NCBI RefSeq assembly: GCF_009914755.1
Contig: NC_060934.1
From: the human T2T-CHM13v2.0 reference genome, Homo sapiens
Length of the DNA stretch: 64,000 nucleotides
Direction: 5' to 3' (one strand)
Below are positions 53,745-64,000 of the stretch, piece after piece (within the stretch, counting starts at the first letter, position 1; every line of letters begins with the position of its first letter). The notes under the pieces were generated by a model that saw only the letters and a program-made list of their open reading frames with translations, did not search any database and was not told the origin of the DNA. The translations under genes were made by a program, and so were the position numbers.

Positions 53745-56700
53745 TGCATTTCAATTTAGTTTTAATAGCTACTTCATAAGCAAGCAGTTTAATTCTCGAA
53801 AATGTTAATTAGTAATCTGCTTCAATTATGGAGGCAAATGTAGTTATTATTCTATTTAAAAGTGGTTAATAATTTGATAACAAATTATGTAAATGACTCT
53901 TTAAAGGAGCAGTGTAACTGTCACCGTGAGGTAAGCTCATGACAAAGTTTCCAACTGGCAATGCTGCAGTTATTTATTTTACTTTCGAGATAGAGTCTCA
54001 CTCTGTTGCCCAGGCTGGAGTGCAGTGGTGTGATCCCGGCTCACTGCAACCCCGCCTCCTGGGTTCAAGCGATTCTCCTGCCTCAGCCTCCTGAATAGCT
54101 GGGATTACAGGTGCACACCCCCATGTCCGGCTAGTTTTTGTAATTTTAGTAGAGATAGGGCTTCACCATGTTGGCCAGGCTGGTCTCAAGACTCCTGACC
54201 TCAAGTGATCTGCTCACCTTGGCCTCCCAAAGTGCAGGGATTACAGGTGTGAGCCACCGTGCCTGGCTGATTCTGCAATTATTTGAAAACCTACTTTGTA
54301 TAGACTTTGTGGCATGAAAATGAGTGGGAAGTAAAGTCCTAAATTAGAGCCTTGACTCCAGGTTAAGTCAAAATCTCATTTACTTAATGCTGGTATCTCA
54401 AACCCTGTTCCAGTGAATGAGGACTGTTTTGTTTCTTGAAGCCTTTCTCCTGTTAAGAAAGAACGCTAATGCAATTAGGGTGGAACCATCTGAAATTCCA
54501 AGTCTTCCATTATCTCCAAGAGAGGTCCTATATTATGTACTACTGTGGGGCCCAGTCGCCCTCTGGTGGTAGTCTCAGGGATGTCACAGCTGTGGGTTGG
54601 TCTTTAGAATCACGGCAACCTATAGAAAGGAGAGTTCCAACTCCTTCGTAGTGACCAAGGTCAACAAACTTTCTGTAAAAGACCAGAGAGTGAATATCTT
54701 AGGCTTTGCAGGCCACACAATCTGTCACAACAACTCAACTCAGCTTTGTAGTGTGAAGCAGCCATAGGCAATATGTAAATGAAAGTGGCTGTGGCCAAGA
54801 GTGGTGGCTCATGTCTATAATCCCAGTACTTTGGGAGGCCAAGGCAGAAGGATCACTTGAGGCCAGGAGTTAAAGACCAGCACGGGAAACATAGCAAGAC
54901 CTTGTCTCTACAAAAAATGAAAAACTTAGCCAGGCGTGGTGGTATGCACGCCCAGCTAGTTCTTTTTCTTCAAAAAGACGCTGAAGCAGGAGGATCATTT
55001 TAACCCAGGAGTTTGGGGCTGCAGTGAGCTGTTGACTGTGCCACTGTATTCTAGCCTGGACAATAGAGTGAGACCCTGTCCTAAAAAAAAAAAAAAAAAA
55101 AGTATGGCTATGTTCCAATAAAACCTTATTGAGGGACACCGGAATTTGAATTTTGTGTAATTTGCACATGTCACAAAATGATGTCATTTTTTGGCTTTTT
55201 CTCCTCAACCATTCCAGAAAATAAAAACATTCTTAGCCTGTGGGCTACACAAAAATAAGCAATGGGCTGGATTTAGCCCACAGGCCATAGTTTGGTGGCC
55301 CCTGCCTGGGATAAGATATGATTGGTTTCACTGGACTCATAACTTGAAGGAAATGCCATCATGTCTAAAACAATTAACTTCTGCACTGAACTTCCTAGGC
55401 ACTGGCCCAGTAAAAGCAGGGAAAAGTATCTACTTTTGTTTTTTGAGACGGAGTCTTGCACTGTCACCCAGGCTGGAGTGCAGTGGCACGATCTTGGCTC
55501 ACTGCAACTTCCGCCTCCTGGGTTCAAGTGATTCTCCTGCCTCAGCCTCCTAGCAGCTGGGATTACAGGCACCCGCCACCACACCCAGCTAGTTCTTTTT
55601 GAATTTTTAGTAGAGATGGGGTTTCACCATGTTGGCCAGGCTGGTCTCGAACCCCTGACCTCAAATGTTTCGCCCGCCTTGGCCTCCCAAAGTGCTGGGA
55701 TTACAGGCGTGAGCCACCACACCCAGCCAAGGCATCTACTTTGTGGTATCTGAGTTGAGGCCAGGCTACGTGGCCTCGGTTAGCATCTTATTTTTCCCGC
55801 AGATTATTGGCAATATAAACACACATCTGTAAGCCATGAAAGTTTTTCAAATTCTAGATTAAAAACACCATCAGTAACAAAATTATGAATACTTATTTAC
55901 AAATAAGACATTTTCCATTAGCATGACACATGACAGTTTTCATGATAAAATCAGCATAGAGGAGTATGTGCAATTTTGCATAAGTAATAAAAACATTCAA
56001 ACTATCAATGCCCTGATAGCACGAATAAGTTCCACCAGGCATCTCTTTTGACTTTACAGTTTTTTATTTCCTTTTCTTCATATATCCTTGATGTTGCTGA
56101 GAAGAAACTGAACTTTGCACAACAGCAGAAAAGTCTAGTTAGTCGCGGGTACAGGCTCTTTCTTTTTTTTTTTTTTTGAGACGGAGTCTCACGCTCTGTC
56201 ACCCAGGCTGGAGTGCAGTGGCTCGATCTCGGCTCACTGCAACCTCACCTCTCAGGTTCAAGCGATTCTCCTGCCTCAGCCTCCCAAGCAGCTGGGACTA
56301 CAGGCACACGCCACCACGCCCGGCTAATTTTTGTATTTTTAGTAGAGATGGGGTTTCACTATGTTGGCCAGAATGGTCTCGATCTCCTGACCTCATGATC
56401 TGCCCACCTTGGCCTCCCAAAGTGCTGGGATTACAGGCGTGAGCCACCACGCCCGGCCTCAGGCTCTTTCAGAGAGCACAGTGAGTGCTTGCACAAAACT
56501 CTGCTTTTGAAGCAATCCACTGACCTGGTAAAGATCAAAGTACAAACTTGCATGTTTATTGATTCGGCAACTCTGCTTATGGAGAAATACATGTACTAGT
56601 CACCAGTACATTTTAATATTGCTCTGCACTTAAACAACCACCACCTGTCACTGAGCTACAGAAGTGTTGATTCCATAAATGTTCCCAGTGATACCATGTA

Positions 56701-57168
56701 AGGTGATACCAGTAAAAAAAATTTCCAAATGGATCTTTTGTTCTGTTACATGGACAAATGTACCATCACTTAAGAAACAGAAATGCAGCAATTTCTCTCC
56801 ACACAATAGCAAAGATTTTCTTACATGACTCTGTAACTTCTACTTAGTCCATAGAAAAACAGTCCCTTTTCTAAGGGTGAAAAAATACCTCTTCAAGAGA
56901 CAGGCAAAAATTTGAAAATTACAAGAATGTGCTCTTTGTAGCCTTTCATCCCTCCCACAAATAGGTCAACAGTAAAAAAAGGATGAAGTTTAACATTCTA
57001 GCTAGAAACGTACAAATGTCACATGTGGACTTTTGTCATCTTTTCTGATTATCGACTACTTCAATTTCACTTGAGTTGTGCTTTTATTCTTCTTTGGAAT
57101 GGCAGTTCCAGAAATCATTAAATATTAACAAATGATGATGTCAGAGTTCTAGAAATAAAAATATCCAT
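53745..57168 (-). other. NMT2: NMT2 3'UTR with alternative poly(A) signals
   Basis: Follows the NMT2 stop. Minus-strand AATAAA at 56555-56560 and ATTAAA at 53761-53766; distal end inferred. Confidence 0.6.
54657..55305 (+). mobile_element. MER58-type hAT MITE interrupted by an AluJ (~54794-55101)
   Basis: GGTCAACAAACTTTCTGTAAAAGACCAGAGAGTGAATATCTTAGGCTTTGCAGGCC ... TGTTCCAATAAAACCTTATT ... GGCCATAGTTTGGTGGCCCCTG. Confidence 0.8.
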
Positions 57169-57189
57169 CTATTGTAGTACTAGTCCAAC
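57169..57189 (-). CDS. NMT2: NMT2 terminal coding exon (VGLVLQ-stop)
   Basis: CCCTTCAG|GTT GGA CTA GTA CTA CAA TAG, the conserved NMT C-terminus. Confidence 0.96.
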   Translation of the reverse strand, partial: VGLVLQ

Positions 57190-57280
57190 CTGAAGGGAGG
57201 GAAGAAATGGAATAGTAAGAAAAATTAGATTGCAATGTAGTACAATAGATCTGTCTTTCTAAAAGCTGTCTTAAGGCTCA

Positions 57281-57537
<257 letters not shown>

Positions 57538-57675
57538 TCATCTCAAAAAAATAAATAAATAAATAAATAAAATGAACAAAAATAAAATAAAGCTGTCTTA
57601 AGTCTAAGTGAAGCAAGTATGAAATTGTCTAGGTACATTTGTTGAGTTTACAAGGGCTATATCCATTTCACTTAC

Positions 57676-57813
57676 CTTTTCAGAATCTGTACCTGGACAC
57701 CTCCAATTGTACAGGTAATACTGCAAATTGCCATCTCCTATACCAAACTTGAGTTTTTCCAAGAATGTCTTATTTTCCATCAAATCCAGTGCATTGAATA
57801 CATCAAATCCTTT
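57676..57813 (-). CDS. NMT2: NMT2 penultimate exon
   Basis: GGCAG|AAA acceptor and AAG|GTAAGT donor. Encodes [46 protein letters not shown], with the NMT signature KFGxGDG. Confidence 0.98.
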
Positions 57814-57962
57814 CTGCCAATTTAAAAAAGATTTAAAATTTAAAACAAAGGACTAGTGTTTTCTGTATTACATATCTCAGTTTAACAATTCTACTAATAG
57901 CTCGAATATGCATTTCTAATAGGATTTAACGTCCGTGATATATAGCATAGGTTAAGAATTCA

Positions 57963-58272
<310 letters not shown>

Positions 58273-58299
58273 TCAGTTGAAAATTGTCTTATAAAACTA

Positions 58300-58576
<277 letters not shown>

Positions 58577-58728
58577 TTAAACCTGAGCAACAGAGTGAGC
58601 GCCTGTCTCAAAAAACAAACAAACTATAGTGAATCCAATGAAGTCAGCATGAAAATTCAGAAACGCTGAATCCCAAAAATGTTAAAAATGTAGTATGATG
58701 GCTGTCACTGGCATAAAATTACTTATGA

Positions 58729-59046
<318 letters not shown>

Positions 59047-59138
59047 TGAGCCACTGCACCCAGCCTCGTTCTTGTTTTAGAAGGGAACAGTTGTCAAGAT
59101 GGTTTCATCTCCAGGATTATTAATTATTAGCCTTTCTA

Positions 59139-59579
<441 letters not shown>

Positions 59580-59794
59580 TTAAATTTCTTTAAAATGTCA
59601 GACAATAATACTATGCAAAATGTGATATAGAAGAAGCACTTTTTATTTTTATTTCTCAGGGTTTTTACCTTAAATAACTAATTACTGGCCATATTTGGGA
59701 AGTGTTGAAAAAAAGCAGACAATCTGAGGATGATGTTGACTTGGGGATCCAAAGGCACAGGTAAGAGATTTTTATTTTATTTTATTTTAATTAA

Positions 59795-60055
<261 letters not shown>

Positions 60056-60145
60056 TGAATAAAAAAATTGCTGCTAGTTATTCACTCAACAAAAATATTC
60101 ACTCATGTATTAATATTTTCCTTATATTACTTCCTAAGATATGGG

Positions 60146-60148
<3 letters not shown>

Positions 60149-60221
<73 letters not shown>
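60149..60221. repeat. (TA)n followed by long poly-T (Alu tail)
   Basis: About 20 TA units followed by about 33 T. Confidence 0.95.
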
Positions 60222-60222
<1 letters not shown>

Positions 60223-60223
60223 A

Positions 60224-60520
<297 letters not shown>

Positions 60521-60765
60521 TAAACATTTATAATTTGTACATTTTGTCTTTTTTGTTAAACTGCCATAAAATTAATGATGAAAATAGCCTCTAAAGTTTC
60601 AAAAGAAACTCTTATCAAAATTCTTCCTTTGACTGATGATCAATAGTTTTTTTAAAGTCTCGCATAAATTCCACCTGTGTGGAAGAAAACACAGTAAGAT
60701 GTCTTCTATAGTTTGGCACAGACATTTGGAGAACCAAACGGCGTGAACAGGAAGGAGTGGCTTAC

Positions 60766-60933
60766 CGATTTAGCCAGGATGAGCGCGTCGCTCATGAGGT
60801 CCAGCAGGGGCGTCTCTGTGTGGATGTTGTAGAATGAGTAGGCGGCTTTGAGGCTCTTGTGAGCAGGGTGGTGCATCACCGTGGAGGGGAGCGTATAGAA
60901 GCTCAGGAAATCAGTCAGTTTACCGTTGGGGCT
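60766..60933 (-). CDS. NMT2: NMT2 (glycylpeptide N-tetradecanoyltransferase 2) internal exon
   Basis: CTCCTAG|AGC acceptor and TCG|GTAAGC donor. Encodes [56 protein letters not shown]. Upstream exons lie beyond the window. Confidence 0.98.
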
Positions 60934-61177
60934 CTAGGAGCAAAAGTGCTGTCAGACAGAGATCTCCTTGAACCAACTGCATACGTGCATTTCCACTAAC
61001 TCTGTTCTCTCCCTTGCCCCAGAGAACGAAAAGCAGTAAGTCACACTTCTTTCTCGGCAGTCCAATTTGGGGCCCCTTATATTGTGCTGTGTAGAGGCCA
61101 AGAAGGGCCTGGAGTTGGGACTTCAGCCTAAGTGCCCATTGGTGATTTGCACAAAGTTCTTAGGAAGCAGAATGTCA

Positions 61178-61519
<342 letters not shown>

Positions 61520-62409
61520 TCAATTCTTTAGACTAAGGGAACAGTGATAAAAGCAGATTCATTGTTTTTGCAGAAATAAAAGCTTTAAGGATTAGAGGGC
61601 TGCCTTCTCCAACTAAAAGATACTGTGTACTATCTCACACTGTCTTAGCACACAGAAAGAATTATATCAGGCCTAAGTAAGGTTGGGTAGAGTCTGGAAG
61701 CTGTTTGGAAGAGTTCGCAAGCTTGTGAAAGGTCTTACTACTGCACCAAAATATACACATGTGAACAACTGGAGAATTTTGCAGCTATCAAAAATAAGGG
61801 ATACAATGGATGACATTCATTTCATCATCACTGGCAAAGCTTCCAATACAAGAAATTAGCCAGTATTGTTCGGGTTGTTGTAATTAGCTGTGGTGGCCTT
61901 GCTGACTTTTAGAATATGATGTGTTTGAATCGTGCGGCTGAAGAGGCTGGACCACACACATGCCACTGCTAGTATTTCTTTCAGCAGAAAAGGAAATTCC
62001 AGAAGGATGTATGCTTTGGTTTTCAAAGGCTTCCGAGTCATTAGACCTTTCTTCAGCCAGCAAGAAACTAAAGGGGTTAATCTACAGTGATTCCCTACTG
62101 CTCTATATTAGCAGCTCAGTATTGGAGATGAATTCAACCTTCAGGTTTAATAAGGATTTTAGATTCTTCTAAGAATTTCTCATATCCATCTCATACGCTG
62201 AATTACTGCAGGCACCTGCAGAACCTGATTAGGTTCCCCACCCCATTTTCATCATCTGCTTTCAGAAAACTACTTCTTCACATTCATATTGCTGGTAAAA
62301 TTACTGTTTCCTCTCTTGCTGTTAAAATGACCAGAGAATCACCAACTGTTGGGGAAGAGTGGGATGATCTTTCCATTGTCCCTCACACCCAATCAATTGT
62401 AAAGACTGA

Positions 62410-62448
<39 letters not shown>

Positions 62449-62689
62449 GCTCACAACAAAACCCACCATGGCACCATGTCTAGATGGCTTATAAGCAACT
62501 TCTAACAACTTTCAAGGAACAAGTAATCCCTATTATTACATACACTGTTCCAGAGAAAAGAGAGGACAAGCTCTTCAGCTCATTCTAACTTTGGTATCAA
62601 GACAGGACAAGGACAGGGTAAGAAGGGGAAATTAATGGCCAACCTCAGTAGTGAGTATAGAAGATCCTAAGTAAAATATTAGCAAACTA

Positions 62690-62980
<291 letters not shown>

Positions 62981-62999
62981 TTAAAAAAAAAAATTGGGA

Positions 63000-64000
63000 A
63001 ACTAAATCTAAAAACAGAGGTAGTCTCACACAAATGGAAACCAAAAGAATGTGTCACTAGCAGACATACCCTGAGACTGGCTAAAGGAATTTCTTCAAAT
63101 AGAAAGGAAATAATAAAAGAAGGAATCTTGAAGCATCAGGAAGGAGGGAAGAATAATAGAGTAGAAATTTGGGCTACATATAATAAATTATGCTTCTCCT
63201 CAAGCATCATTATTAATCAGTGTTACAAATCATACTTGATGATTAAAACAAAAATCATAATACTGTCTGATATTTAAGACAACAATATTTAAAAATGAAA
63301 AAGGTAAAGTGACCTAAATAAAAGTAAGGTGACTCAAAGTAATAAATGTTGTTACCAATCGACTATAAGTCACATATATATATTGTAATACTCACATCAA
63401 CCATCATAAAAACTATACAAATACACCCAAAGGTACTATAAATAAAACAGTATCCTAAAATATATTCAAGTAATCCACAGCAAGGCAAGAAAAAAGAAAC
63501 AGAGGAACAAGAACCAGAAGAAACATAAAGAAACCAAATAATCAAATGGTAGACTTAAGCTCTACCATACCAATAATCACCTTTTATGTAAGTGGTCTAA
63601 ATACACCAATCAAAAGAAACATCAGTAGTGTGGGTAAAGAAACATGACCCAGCTATAGGCTGTTTCCAAGAAACTCACTTCAAATTCAATAACATCAATA
63701 GTTTGAAAGTAAAAGGATGGAAAAAGTCCAAACAATTTTTAAAAGCAGGTCTGGTCACAGTAATATACAATAAAGTATACTCCAGAGCAAGGAAAATTAT
63801 TAGAAAGAGAGGTATTACATTATGATAAAAAGATCAATCCACTAGGGAGACACAAAGACCCTAATATACATGTGAGTATCAAACAAGAGGCCCAGAAGAA
63901 ATCAAGAAAAACTGACAGTGTTGGAAGGAGAAATAGACAAATCCACAATTACAGCTGGGGACTTCCATGCCCCTCTCATCAAGTGATAGAACTGCTAGAC
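63000..64000 (+). mobile_element. Old L1M fragment (ORF1 end / ORF2 endonuclease region), degenerate
   Basis: ATGTAAGTGGTCTAAATACACCAATCAAAAGA...CATGACCCAGCTATAGGCTGTTTCCAAGAAACTCACTTC (KKHDPAIGCFQETH) and GCTGGGGACTTCCATGCCCCTCTC (GDFN-like), with stops and frameshifts. Confidence 0.85.

Overview
Human (primate) genomic DNA, recognisable as chr10p13. It holds the 3' part of OLAH (+; five constitutive coding exons plus an in-frame Alu-derived cassette exon) and the complete ACBD7 gene (-; 4 exons, 88 aa). Next come a 5'-truncated GAPDH processed pseudogene (-) and a bidirectional CpG-island promoter shared by RPP38-DT/C10orf111 (-; 155-codon ORF) and RPP38 (+; single coding exon, 283 aa). The last three coding exons and 3'UTR of NMT2 (-) close the window. 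The rest is repeat-dense: roughly 70 Alu copies or fragments by manual count, old L1, four solo LTRs, hAT/mariner MITEs and microsatellites. Most ORF-track entries are Alu, low-complexity or GC-rich artefacts. I see no prokaryote-style novel system. The best leads are: (i) an Alu-derived RPP38 5'UTR exon that creates a 60-codon uORF overlapping the RPP38 start out of frame; (ii) an OLAH Alu exon that inserts 53 aa ending in a hydrophobic stretch; (iii) an ODN-like peptide in ACBD7 whose splice junction cannot give the +1-residue form; (iv) an acyl-chain release/bind/transfer gene trio (OLAH-ACBD7-NMT2); and (v) a candidate NMT2 truncating exon. Gene and repeat-family names come from recognition of sequence, not from database searches.
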